Assembly: GCF_000143415.4 (NCBI RefSeq)
Contig: NW_003314351.1
Coordinates: forward strand, 735,545 to 799,544
Length of the DNA: 64,000 bases
Origin: Selaginella moellendorffii
Lineage: Eukaryota > Plantae > Lycopodiophyta
Reading direction: 5' to 3'
The position numbers and the translations under genes were made by a program. This document shows, piece after piece, positions 52,049-64,000 of this stretch; positions within the stretch are counted from its first letter, which is position 1; each line of letters begins with the position of its first letter. The notes beneath the pieces were generated by a model. It worked only from the letters and a program-made list of their open reading frames with translations, was not told the DNA's origin and ran no database searches.

Positions 52049-52361
52049 CTTTATGATACACATGCTGCAATGTGAACAATACTCAGCCAAGGACATTCAA
52101 CCATTCCCCACTTGGAGCATGTCAGGATCTGAAAGAGGGAAGCTTGAGAAATTTATGCAAAGCCAACCATTGATCTCACCGTTCCAGCCTCTGGGATGCC
52201 CACAAATTGTTGGCATCCGCTAGCAACTCTATACTGCAAGCAAAACTGGTCATAGAAGGGAAAAAGAAGAAGAGCTAAGAGAACTTTACCATGGCTATCT
52301 GTCTTTAGTGATGTCTCAGCTATTCACATACTTCCCAGCCCACATAGTTGGATGATCTGCT
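52049..52361 (-). pseudogene. GH27 alpha-galactosidase fragment
   Basis: DHPTMWAGKYVNS*; IELLADANNLWAS; DPDMLQVGNG*MSLAEYCSH. Confidence 0.8.
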
Positions 52362-52586
52362 NNNNNNNNNNNNNNNNNNNNNNNNNNNNNNNNNNNNNNN
52401 NNNNNNNNNNNNNNNNNNNNNNNNNNNNNNNNNNNNNNNNNNNNNNNNNNNNNNNNNNNNNCAGATACATTTATCATATACAAATTCATACATATACTTC
52501 TTTGATCAATGGGGCATGAACTCGGCAATGTAAACTTGGTTAAACCTTGGTTAATGTTTTCAATATGAAAAAAATGTAATCATACA

Positions 52587-52611
52587 CTAGCAAGGAATCC
52601 AGCTCCGCTGG
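52587..52611 (-). mobile_element. Helitron 3' terminus, same family as 9458
   Basis: ACTAGCAAGGAATCCAGCTCCGCTGG nearly identical to 9457-9482; both elements share a ~68-bp internal piece (10214-10282 and about 53249-53317). Confidence 0.8.
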
Positions 52612-55600
52612 AATAGATAGGACATCTGTTATATATGTGACATGAATCCTAAAGAATTAGTTGTTTGTTTTCAACATTCAGTAGTGATGATGTATATTTT
52701 TCAAATCGTTTGTCTGAAATTCATAATGTCATTTTAGTGTAGAGATTGATAGTTATACCTTGGAGATCATCAATATCCACAAATACTTTTTATGACAATG
52801 GGACATTGTCTTTGTATATACCCTTTCTTTTATTGGTAACAAAAGTGATATAAGCAGATGGTCTCTCATATCCCATATTGTTGCAATTATTATCACTGTA
52901 TAGGAAGTTATAGAAAGGCTTCTAATCAAAATCTTTTATGTATAACTTGCAAGATGGCAGGGTCAGTAAGGAATCTCTTGTATTCTTTCATGGTCTAAAT
53001 GTTTCTTTCTTCAGATCCTCTAGGAACTTCGAGTGGAAGGTGTTCTGGATTATTTGACTCCTCACAAAGTAAGTTCCTGCTTGCTGCTCTACAGTTACCT
53101 AGCATGCTAGGTGAAAGTCTGCAAGAATTCACCAGCAACCATCCAGCCTTGAGCTGCTGCTACCAACTCTAAAGCCATATACAGTCGGCCAGCTTCTATC
53201 TTTGTATGATCACTAGGTCGTGGTGCAGGGATTTATCTGGGGAATCGGGAGATTGCCATTTCCTTGGCTCACAAGCCATCTTGACCATTCTTTTTCTTCT
53301 GGGTTTACTTGCATGTATGGAATTTCTTAGCTCAATTCTCAACTTTTGAAGAAATTCTTCTTGATCTCATAGGATCCCTTTATAAGGTCAACATTAGCCT
53401 CCCCAGAAATTATCCATTAAAGCCTCTCAAGATAATGTGGAAAGGAGGAAGAATTCAAAGGTTTTATCTCTCTTTGAAAAATTTAGGTGGTGTTTTAAAC
53501 GTGAATCTATCACTGCAACATTCTTGAAAACTCTCAAGGAGAATTAAAGTCCAGCTCTTACAATTTCCAAAGTTTTGTCTTGATTTGTGCATTGCTGGGT
53601 GAGCCAGATCCTTGTGATTTTTCTCTTTCTTTTTCTTGAACTTATTTCCTTGTAGTTGATCCTTTGGTGGGAAGTATAACCTGTGAATATTTGTAGCTTC
53701 ACATCTTATTCTGGAAGATGTCAGTTGTACGATTGTGGAAGAAGATGTAGAATAGAAAACATTTTTTTGTCCATACAGAGATCAAGGATGCGGTAGTGAT
53801 AGGAAAGTTGAAAGGTCTCAATGTGGATCTCAAAAGTACAGGTAATGATCTGGTCAAATTTACTGGAAGGTAGAGAGTTCTTTTTTCCAAAGAACAACTT
53901 ATCATCTGTAGACGTTTTCCAGGAGAATGACTTGTAAATGCCATTGAGTGGCTTCAAAGGGCCACGAGTTTCAAGACACAAGTACAGTAAACATGTTGAT
54001 TTTGTTCCATTTCAACGTGTCAATTGAGTTATTTCTTCTCGTATAGGGAATTGACTATTGACTATCTCAAGTATGAAAAATCAGCCTTCTCATGCTCAGT
54101 ATGCAAAAAATGTTTGCATCTCAGAAATGGAGCAACACCGCCACAAAACCTACTGAGTGAGGCTCTCAACAAAAGCAAACATCCCATCTTCTATGAGATG
54201 TGTGAATGGTAATTAAAATTTTTTCTTGCTATCTCTTGCATTTCCGGTGGAGCTGGGATCCCTGCTATTTACACTTGATATTCCTGAGAGCGTCAATCAG
54301 ATCACCATTGAAGCTTTTCGTCCTTACGCGATGGAGATACTCCATCCTACTGCGTATTTGTCGTATGTAAACACGAAGCTCACTTTTGTCCATTCCATTC
54401 TCAGAAGATATCATATTCAGTGATAGATGGAACGCATGGAAGTTTTTTTTCCAAAGGGTGATGAACTAGACACGGAAAAGAAAGCGTGAAAGCATTATAT
54501 ATAACTAAGGATATAGTCCTTCACCTGACAATCTCTCGGCTTAAATCTGAGTTTCGAAGGGAGGAACACAAGCAACAAGGCTTTATATGCCGACATAATC
54601 ATATTCTCATCGTCGTGCTCTTTTTACAGTATCACCATCCTCCAGCTGGAAGAATTAAACTTATGAAAGAAAGAAAAGAAAACGGACCAAGTACCTTGAT
54701 GATGGATTTTTTTTATCTCGTTGCTTTAAAGAGAGAGCACAATATTTTTAAAATGCCTCTTCCATTTCCCGAGTCTAGGTGGGATGACAAGTCCAAAACT
54801 GCAAGTTGAAATCTTTGGAACACGACAAGTTAACAAGTTCTGAAAGTTAAGAATGATGCTTGTCTTTCTCTACTACATCGACAAGCATTCCTCCAAGTAC
54901 AGTGACAAGAAGATCCAACCTCATCCCTTTTTGTGACTCGCAAGGATAATTTGACTTCCTTTATCCACCGATGCCAGCGAGAACTTCAGGAGTTCTAGCA
55001 AAATGCCAGTTCTCCCATGCTCTGTCTGTCTGTCTTTCAAAGCGCGTCCTACCTCAAAACTATGGAGAATTTTCAGTACTGCAACTTGTTGGCCCCCGAT
55101 AGATGCAAGAAAGATAAGAGAGTGAGTCAGCCGATGAAAGAGAAGGAGAGGCTCACAAGTAATCTCTTCTGTAGATGATAGAGTAGCTTCTTGAAGAGCG
55201 TGACTTTCGATCAAGGTCTGATATGGAGACTGGTGCGTCATGTTCATCTGAGGGGACAGGGAGACTGAGGCTCTGAGAATCCAAAAGTCGATTTCTTTGC
55301 GAAGGTACCATCAAGAAAGAAAATCCAGGTTCCAAGTGCCTTAAAAAGAATTCCAGTGACATGAAGAGGAAGGATGGGTGAGGTGGCAAGGAACCTGCCA
55401 TGTACACCCTGGATTGGGAGAAATCCCATTGCTTCTGCTGCACCGCCACTGTGAAAGAAAAAGAGGAGCACGGCAAAGAAGTCTCGCCTCAACAAGCAAA
55501 GAGAGCAGCCTAGTAATCCCATCTCGATCCGCAAGCACTCCTTGAGCTCCAGCAGCTGGAGCAATTGCTTGAGGCCAAGATGAAGGAGAGGTGGAAAGAA

Positions 55601-56120
55601 TGCGTGGAATGCTTCATACACACGTGGCTTACCCCATATGTTACATACCTTTTGATCCCTGTAGCAATCAAAATGTGACTTTCATATGTTTATAAACATT
55701 GTAACTGTCGTTCTCGCTGAAGGCTCGTTCCCATTCACTGCCTATTGATCCTTTCTCTTTTGTTGTCTCCTGATGCGCTCCATGTTTTAAATCTTCAATT
55801 TCTACATATCACAAGGAGCGCTGATGCACAAGAGCAGTACCACATTAATATAAAGAGTACAACTTATAGCTACAATAAACTCTCATAAATACCAGCTAAA
55901 ATTTACACATTACATTGGCACATTCCACACTCTTTTCTATTTCCTCACTCAATAACAAACTAAAAATAAACTCAACACTAAAAAGGATGCAAGAAAAAAA
56001 TGATGTTAAAAGATTTCTTATCTTTTCTGATAAAAAAACAGTTGGTTCAACTGAACCCATGGACCAAATGAGAGAAAGTGGTTTAGCTCTAAACGTGACG
56101 TGGGTTTGGTCTCGCTGAAT

Positions 56121-57599
56121 ATGGATGACCAAGGGGAAGCGCAGAGGTCAGAAACGTTTCTGCGTTCAAATCTCGACAGCAGTTGTGCAACACCGAGGCA
56201 TCAATGGAGGTCACCAGACTGGAATCCTCTCAACAAACAGCCGCACACACCGTTCGCCTCACTTAATTCCCATTCTTTACCGACAAAAGACATCGCTGTT
56301 GACAGCAGCAATTCTACAGCTTCCTCATCCGATATTCTATGCCCTCCAATGGGATCCTTTGCCGTCGGTAATCTAGACGAAACACAAGGTCAGTCAATTG
56401 ATCCGTGGAAGAAAAAGCTTCCAATGAAGCTTGATTTGGCAGCTCTCAGCAGAAAAGTAGATGATCATCTATCTGAGGACAAGATGCCTAACCCTGACAG
56501 ATCCGAATCCGACAATGACCTCCACCTTCGGCGCCAAAAGATGGCTATGTGCGATCGCCAGTGTACACGAGTTATGGGCCATCTCTATTTTGGCAGCAAA
56601 ACAGTGGCGGAAAACTATGCAATGCTAAGGCGTTTTCGAATCACACATATTCTCAATTGCGTTGGAATGGTTTGCCCCAGCTATTTTCCAAATGATTTCT
56701 CTTACAAGACACTCTGGCTTCAAGATTCACCTTCAGAAGATCTTATTTGCGTGCTCTATGACGTATTTGATTTTATTGAGGATGTCCGAGAGCAAGCAGG
56801 AGGCAGGGTCTTTGTACACTGCTGCCAAGGGGTGTCCCGTTCGGCATCGTTAATAATTGCTTACGTTATGTGGCGAGAACGACGCAGCTTTGACCACGTA
56901 TATGACGATGTCAAGCAGCGCCGAAGCGTGACATGCCCCAACATTGGTTTTGTCTTTCAGCTCACTCAGTGGCAGCAACGTGTGCTAGATGCCAATAGAG
57001 CAGCAGTCTCATGCAATACGGTGGCCATAATGTACCGCATGACACCGCATTCGCATTTTTGCCCATTGCAGCTTGTTCCGAAAGCTGTGCACGGTCCGCC
57101 TACTTCGGATGTACTTGACTCAAGAGGGGTGTTCGTTCTCCAGCTTCCCAACCGTCTTTATGTCTGGCGCGGCCGTGGCTCAGACAAAGCAATGGCAGCA
57201 GCTGCTGAACGAGCCGCATTCCAGCTTGTGCGGTATGAGCATGCTCAAGGACCCATTGTGGTGGCTGTAGAAGGAAGGGAGCCACCATTCCTGCTCAATG
57301 CACTAAGACGCGAGCATTTACTGTCCGGTCCAGATATAAATTCCCAGGCCCAAAGGGGCGCATTTGCTGAACATATCAATTATGCGGGCAAGGCACCGTT
57401 TGGTCTAAAGCTAGTCCGTGCATATGATGCAGACTTTGAGCTGTATAGACAAGGGCTTGCAGGAAACGGTGGGGCCTTGACTGTGGACTTTAATGCAGGA
57501 TTGCAACCGCACCCCATTAGCAACTTTCCAGCGTCACCTCGAGTTGGAAGATGGAGGGTCATGCGCCCACAAATCAATCATATTGCAACAAGATGGTAG
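56121..57599 (+). CDS. MKP1: MAP kinase phosphatase 1-like dual-specificity phosphatase with gelsolin-like domain (~492 aa)
   Basis: ITHILNCVG, LWLQDSPSED, catalytic VHCCQGVSRS, PNIGF, RMTPHS..LVPK..LDSRGVFV..YVWRG. First ATG at 56121 (the track's 56100 start is GTG). Confidence 0.92.
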   Translation: MDDQGEAQRSETFLRSNLDSSCATPRHQWRSPDWNPLNKQPHTPFASLNSHSLPTKDIAVDSSNSTASSSDILCPPMGSFAVGNLDETQGQSIDPWKKKLPMKLDLAALSRKVDDHLSEDKMPNPDRSESDNDLHLRRQKMAMCDRQCTRVMGHLYFGSKTVAENYAMLRRFRITHILNCVGMVCPSYFPNDFSYKTLWLQDSPSEDLICVLYDVFDFIEDVREQAGGRVFVHCCQGVSRSASLIIAYVMWRERRSFDHVYDDVKQRRSVTCPNIGFVFQLTQWQQRVLDANRAAVSCNTVAIMYRMTPHSHFCPLQLVPKAVHGPPTSDVLDSRGVFVLQLPNRLYVWRGRGSDKAMAAAAERAAFQLVRYEHAQGPIVVAVEGREPPFLLNALRREHLLSGPDINSQAQRGAFAEHINYAGKAPFGLKLVRAYDADFELYRQGLAGNGGALTVDFNAGLQPHPISNFPASPRVGRWRVMRPQINHIATRW

Positions 57600-58279
57600 A
57601 TATCTCTACACTAGGAGGGATTCCAGAAAGAAAAGAAGAAAAGAAAAAGTAAGATTTCTCCAAGGCAACATCAAGAAATTCCAGATGTCATATAAAAAAT
57701 TATTACATAGTCTGTTATTAGAGTGTACCCCTCTTAAGCATACTGTTGCAAACTCATAAGAAACAAAATTGATGATTGTCCATTGCCTGTCCAATGAAGT
57801 GGAAAAGGAAAACGAAAAACAGACATATTTTTTCAAAGATAGAGGCAAGACACCCTGGGTCGCAACTCATAACTCGCACCATGTGCTCATTCTTGTAACT
57901 ATTGTGCACCATCCCTCTTTTTTGTTCAATGATGATCCAGATGCTTGCAAGCTCTCATCTTCTCGCACACTTAGAGCTCCCAGCAACAATTCCACAAGAA
58001 AAGACAAAGCTCTTTAGTGTTTTTCTTTCTTTAAAACACTGAATCTTCACATAAACCTGTGGAACTTTTGGAGTTGCAAGTACAAAAAAATTAAAGATCA
58101 CAAGTTTCCTACACCAAAGACCTTGTTCCACTTCCACATAGTAGTAATGTTTCTTTCACGATGAAAGACCAACTTGCAGCTTCTGAGTTCTAAGCTTTTC
58201 CACATAAATTTTGCCAGTCCTTGCTCCAGACATGCTAGACAAATTTCTCACTGAAAATGAATAAGAGTTCTTGCCCAAA

Positions 58280-58435
58280 ATCATGTCTGGTGGCAATGGT
58301 GGAGGTCATGGCAACAATGGTGGAGGTGGCTGGAATAATGGCCAAGGATCAAAGAAGCTTCACATCACTAAGCTTATTGGAGATCAATGCTTCAAGTGTG
58401 GCTCTTTGGCTCACTGAAAAGAGGATTGTCCATTG
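58280..58435 (+). pseudogene. Gly-rich plus CCHC zinc-knuckle (gag-like) remnant
   Basis: GGNGGGHGNNGGGG..QCFKCGSLAH*KEDCP. Confidence 0.6.
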
Positions 58436-58574
58436 TTGAAAAAAAAAAATGGAGCTGATGATTCCAACCAATGCCAACAAGTGCAGTGTTGGACAGAGAT
58501 GCAAAGGAGTTTAAAGCCATTCTCTAAGGTACTGACTTTATGAGTAATGGCCCTCATAGCAAACTTACTGACGA

Positions 58575-58760
58575 AGATTAGACCAAGGCCAAGACCAAGT
58601 CCGCATCCAAAGTCCGAGTCTGAGTCCAAGGGGTGGAAGCCCAAAGTAATTGTCTCTCAGACCCTAGGGGGTTTGGTAAATCCCTACAGGATAGTAGGGG
58701 GAGGACTTTAGGGGAACCAATGTGGCCAAGGAAGGTCAATATGATCCGGGGGTGTACTTA
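58575..58760 (+). mobile_element. LTR promoter-region remnant related to families A/B
   Basis: Degenerate TCCGAG repeats, then GGGGTGGAAGCCCAAAG and ATAGTAGGGGGAGGAC. Confidence 0.6.
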
Positions 58761-58867
58761 AAAGATGAGTTGGTAGTTACATCTTGTATGGTTTTCATGC
58801 CAGGGTAATTCAGCAAAAATCCATGATTCATATTTATGGATTTCCTGTTTTGCGCTATTTGTAGCAG

Positions 58868-59078
58868 GTGGTAAAGAAAGGATGGAAACTACCATAGTCT
58901 TTGGTAAATTCCGGACTGGCAAAACTCAACTTGTGCACACTCTTTATGTAGCCATGTGAAGCTAATGGTAAAGTTGCTTAAGCTCCTGGAGGTAGAAAGT
59001 AACATTTAGATTTCCAGGATGAACACACATGCATAAGCATCAATAAACTTTTGTTAGCGGCTAAAATGACTAAACAGG
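58868..59078 (+). pseudogene. DMC1: DMC1 recombinase fragment
   Basis: FGKFRTGKTQLVHTLYV (Walker A), NGKVA, and an H..HQ..LL..AAKM remnant. Confidence 0.7.
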
Positions 59079-59366
59079 CTAGGCTCACCACTTGACAAAA
59101 GCCTATCCTTATCTTGGTGGGCGCTGCAAGACTCTGTGAACAGCTAATGAATGACTGAATGAATATCCAACCATTGCTAAATTTTCAGTTTTCATAGTTT
59201 AAATAGATGTGTATCCATTTTAAGATTTAGCATTGGCTGGGCATTCACCAGGTCTGTTAGGAACCAGGATCCATATCTCCAAAGTTCAGGTCTATCATCA
59301 AATATAGTTTTCTTTTCTTTTCTTTTTTATGTTTTGGGATCCCAAGTGCTCCACTTTTCCATTTGT

Positions 59367-59795
59367 ATGGCAGCCACAATGCTTGCCTGCTGCTACCTTC
59401 TCATCCTCTTTATTATGGTTGAAATCGAGGTGGAGGTGGAGTATGGCTGTTATGGCAAAGGCCTCGTTATGGTGGAACAGACTATAGTGGAGGCTGGCGG
59501 CAACCCTAGTTACAGTGGAGGATATGGTAACAAACCTGGCTATGGCAGAAAGCCCATGGTGGTGGCAATCCCGGCTATGGTGGAACTTATAGTAACGGTC
59601 CTGACAACAATGGAAGTGGATACTCTGGAAGTTCCGGCTATGGCAGAAACACTCCAGCCTTAGGTGGTGGTACTGGTGGGGGTCTACCCAGAACTTTCAG
59701 TGGCTCAAGTGGACCTTGGGATGGACCTACACTCACTGGTGCACCAATTTATTCTCAGATGTGCACCAACACCCTCGACTCTAGCTCATGCAAAA
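59367..59795 (+). pseudogene. Secreted glycine-rich protein remnant
   Basis: Signal-like N-terminus; frameshifted GGNPSYSGG/GGNPGYGG repeats. Confidence 0.5.
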
Positions 59796-61004
59796 GAACT
59801 GGTGTGGGAGAATGTCTACTAAAGCGATCAGACTATACTATAAAATTACACAGACAAGGCTTGAGAATTGTCTCAGGCAATTCTAGATCACCGCCAGTAG
59901 GTGGAGCATCTTGATCTAAGCTGTAGAGAAGCTGTTTACAAATAACAGCTTCAGCAGGACCTCCATGGCAATGACCAGAAAATGGGTAAAAACATTTTTC
60001 TATACTTCTTTCATTTCTTATTTATGTTTACAGCTACTATATTGAGTCATATGATCTAAATGCCGAATTTACATTGAGCCTCATTGTGTTTTTTATCGGA
60101 AATTGCTCCAAGGTAAAACAACTAATGTGGTGATTACACATATGATCCAAGAAAAGCTTCCACTGTTTACACTTGTGTCAATGCAATGGAACTTGCTAGA
60201 ACTTTACAGCCAAGGTAACTGATAAAAATCTATTCTTGTTCTTATCTGTCTCTGGATTCTGGATATCCTCCAGATATGATGTACCTATGAACAATTGTGA
60301 TTTCGATGACAAGGGAAAACTTTGCAACTCCAGGGTTTTGCATTCTCTTCTCTTACTGCTTTATTTTAAAAAGTAATTAAATGTTCTTGTATCAGATGAC
60401 CTTGAAGTTCTCATTTGTCAGATGCATCACGACTGCTAGATGTGTATCAAAATATGAGAAAATGGGAAAATGCATTAAACAGATGCCACTTTCATCGAAG
60501 AATAGGATATGAGATAAGATAAAAGAGACTCAGAATAAAATAAAAAAGATAACAAGATGTTATCACAAGAGCAAAAAATTACCATTGATTATATATTCTT
60601 TAGAGAAATGAAGTGGTGTCTTGTACAACTAGGAAAAGAAGAAACCTTTTGGTATCCAAAGAACTTGAATGAAATGGTCTTTGCAATTTATATTGGTTGC
60701 TACTTTAAGAGCACAAAGAAATATGGGTTTCTGAATTTGTAAGAGATACAAAAAGAAAGAGCTTTCAAAATCTTTTTCTGCTGTTGGTTTATTATTTGAT
60801 CACTACTTTAGGGTCACAAGGTAAGCTCAGCTTTTATATAACCAAAAGGATAAAGAACATTGATTGAAAACTATTATCAGTATAGCATTATTGGTTGGTT
60901 ATTTATCTATTTACCTATTTGCATCATCTATCGCTTGCCAATTGCCACAGTGTTGTCTATTTTTTTTATTGAAGTTAGTTTATGTAGTGGAAATTCTATT
61001 ATAT

Positions 61005-61275
61005 TTTGATGGGTAGAAAAAGGAAGTGAGTTATTTAGATATAAAATGCATAGGTCACATGTGATTAAGGGATTAGATGTCCATTTGCCAAATTTACAAA
61101 GAGTATAGTTTACTGAAGTTGAAGAAGAATTTGCATTAGAAAAGGTCCTAAGTGACGGAGGTTACCAAATGGTTTCAATTAAACAAAATGCTTTTGGTAG
61201 GACTCTAACATGCCTAGAAATTTTAGAATTGTATACATTGAATAAATCAACCAAAATATGGTCAAATAGATATTA
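61005..61275 (+). pseudogene. Helitron Rep/helicase internal remnant
   Basis: LDVHLPNLQRV*F..GRTLTCLEILELYTLNKSTKIWSNR resembles Helitron LPVHLP.QQ.V.F..AR.L.Y.EIP..Y.WN...K.W..R. Confidence 0.7.
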
Positions 61276-61309
61276 AGATTGCAAAGTTATAAATAAAATA
61301 TATAATAAT

Positions 61310-62020
61310 ATAAGCCACAAATTTTTCCTTTACAATTTCCTAGCCTACCTTATTTATCTAACCACCTTTGCTTTAATTTTAGTTAAGCTACCTTGCCAAA
61401 GTTTATGCTTATTATATGCCTACTTGGTTTTACTTGGGTTCAACTATGCATTATATGAGCAACAAGATGTTAGCCATCTCTTCACAAATTCCTAAATGCT
61501 CTCTTAATCCCCTCTTCAAGTTAAATTGGATCAGCTACACTCCCCACAAGCACAAACATCCAAGCACACTAAGCCTCCAGATTCCTAACATCCCTTGGTA
61601 AAACAAGATTTGTTCATGAGATCTTTTAAATCCAAGTTTTAGATGCATCTCTTAATTCAGGATCTTGGGGGCAAATATTTTGAGTTAATGGCCTAGTATA
61701 GGTATCTGAATTCCCTACCTCCATCCCAACGGGAGGGCTCAAGCCTCTAAGAAAGGGTGAGGATTAATGAGCCTTATAGTACTTAAGTAGGGCATCACTC
61801 CACTTGAGCTAGGAGCACTATAGTTAGTTTTCTTTGTGAGTTGCTCTTGAGCACTTCCTTTAGAAGCCTCTCTGGCACCCCTGAAGTTCATGCTCATTCC
61901 CACCAAAGACTACTAACCCCCAATTCTAATCTAAACGAAGTTCCGAAGCACCACTAGACTATAGAGTTTCTACAAGACTAAATCCTTAGCCTCACTCTCC
62001 TTACTATACTTTTGGAACCC
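61310..62020 (-). mobile_element. Decayed family A LTR fragment
   Basis: Colinear with about 6575-7290 (aagccacaaatttttccttt.., ttcctaacatcccttggta.., gctcttgagcacttcct). Confidence 0.85.
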
Positions 62021-62149
62021 CTCATGGTCTTCACTTTAATTTTGACTGAGTGTTAATCATGCATAGATATCCTTTTCACTTATGCTTAGAGCTATCTTAT
62101 TTCTGAATAATTGGATTCAAGTAGTCATTTTATCCCTACTTGTCCATGA

Positions 62150-62830
62150 TCCTTTTTATTGTACCTGGAGGGACAAGTATATAATTCAATGATATAAGTT
62201 TGGTATTTGGGTTTTATGAAGATAAATTGTAAAGTGATTATTGGTTGTTTTGCAACTACTGATTGCTTATAGATTTTATCGAGGATTACTGACACTTTAC
62301 TTAGCTCAATGATAATTTAACAATGATGGGCTTGCTTCATTAGATGGCATTATAGAGGACCATTTCATTGTCCTTGCATGGTTTCTCCATGTTAAAATTT
62401 CGATTTTATCTCTGTTGATATTTGTTTTTTGCATTTAGTCTATAGTGTTGGATTATATTGAGTTTTGGATATGGTGATTCACTTCTTGATGTTATCTTAT
62501 CTATAATTGAGTACTCCTATTTCACAGATTCACTGGAATACTGGCAGTTTTAAAGTTGGTGTTTGTCGTCAGCCCGCTTCTGGAATACCCCTGTCCCTTG
62601 TATGCCTTGCAAATAACACTATGGCATTGAAGTGATGAATCAATATTGTTGAAGTTGAGATTAGAGTGAGATAAAATATTTCTCCATGAGTATATAGCAA
62701 AAGTTGGATTTTCCATTTTTAGTGATTCAGATGGTTGGTGATCAGTTGAGATAATTGAAGATAAATATTTTGTTTTGCTAGTCTCAATGAAGATAATGTT
62801 GATAGTTTGGCTATACCTTTGTGTTGTTAG
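62150..62830 (+). mobile_element. Decayed family C interior fragment
   Basis: Similar to about 20830-21600. Confidence 0.55.
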
Positions 62831-64000
62831 GGACAAATAAGGAAGCTAAAGTGGTCGTAAATATGGAAGAGATTGCACAAGGGAAGAACTCAGAGGAGGA
62901 AGTAGAGGAAAACATTGAAGAAAGCTTAAAGTCTAATTCCAAAGTGAAAAACCTTAACAACACTTTCAAAAATGTTATATCAAAGTCTCATAGATTCTTA
63001 ATTCTATATTTAAACTTGTATTGACTTGATTTTTTTACAGGTAACAAGAATTTGACAAAGAGTTTAACCCAAGTTTTTGCCAAACAAGCTGAAAGACATG
63101 GTGATGTAATGAAGTCACCATCATTGACACCATTACAAAAGGCCAGTCTCACGATGGGGATCTCAACCAAGCAAGGGGATAAGGCAATTGAGAGATCTAC
63201 CTCCATGGTTTCTTTGGCAGCATCAAGTGGAAGTGAGAGTAGTAGCAAATCTGATGATACATACAGCCCAAGCAAGCCCCCTAATAAAGACGAAACCCAC
63301 GAAGAAACAAACTCAAACACCAAAGAAAGTTAGGAAGTGATAGTGTATGGTTTAAGGTTTTATTTACTTTGGATTCTAAAGATAAAAAGTTTTATCTCTA
63401 TAATTTTTATTTTTATTTCCAATATAATATAAGAGGAATTCAAAATGGCCACCAAGTATGAGCATCATCTCTGGGTATATCTCTTTATGAGCGCATATGC
63501 CAAAGAAAGTGATTTTCTAGAACTTTATAAAACTTTAAGTGAATATCATTATGCAATACTATTGAATACTATACTAGTAACATTCAAAGCATAAGTGATC
63601 TAACTGAATGTCAAGCTATCAACCTCCACAGCTTGGGTGATGGCATCTCTTGCATCATCACTAAGCTTGTAGATTTCTCTAGTGAAGTGTTATTATGCAT
63701 CTATAGAAAATCTAGCTATATCCCTCGAACCAAGTAATCATAAACTAAGCACTCTGGCTTGTTATCTAGAAGATCATACCTGTCATCATTGATGTGGTCA
63801 AAGAAGTGACCCTATGAGAACAAAAGAGCTAGTATAACGAACTTATGTGGAAACAAATTATTTCTCTTAATACTTTAAAAACTGATGTTATGTACCTGAT
63901 TCCAACCATTTGTCTCTTGGTGTAGCAACTTCAATGGCTTTTGCATTAGACAAAGAGGTTAACCCCCTCACTCATTTAAGTTGATATATTCTCAGAAAGT

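Noticed and set aside
49900-55630. Named gene call for exon-like blocks at about 49.9-50.9 kb and 54.7-55.6 kb
   Set aside because: No motif I can recognise reliably; frames broken.
62821-64000. Short ORFs at the window end
   Set aside because: Low complexity, no recognisable domain, likely decayed TE.

Overview
Repeat-dense plant nuclear DNA with five N-gaps. Very short (~50-nt) GT-AG introns and the style of the PLS-PPR fragments suggest a lycophyte such as Selaginella (inference). It contains nested Ty3/Gypsy-derived LTR elements of at least three LTR families (A, B, C), a complete Cassandra-like TRIM with 5S-rRNA-derived LTR sequence, and several Helitrons carrying host gene fragments (phototropin-type kinase exon, PPRs, class III peroxidase, DUF2358, alpha-galactosidase). 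A DMC1 fragment lies nearby. Only one apparently intact host gene is present, an MKP1-like dual-specificity phosphatase (56121-57599). The most unusual feature is at 1-7703. An RT-less gag-protease LTR element, inserted into an older integrase, appears to carry an antisense gene of at least 10 exons. That gene encodes a degenerate beta-class DNA amino-methyltransferase-like fold plus an FCP1/NIF-type HAD phosphatase. The cargo region holds eight copies of a 22-bp palindrome (ATGGCRTG-N6-CAYGCCAT). All domain calls are by eye and need HMM or structure confirmation.
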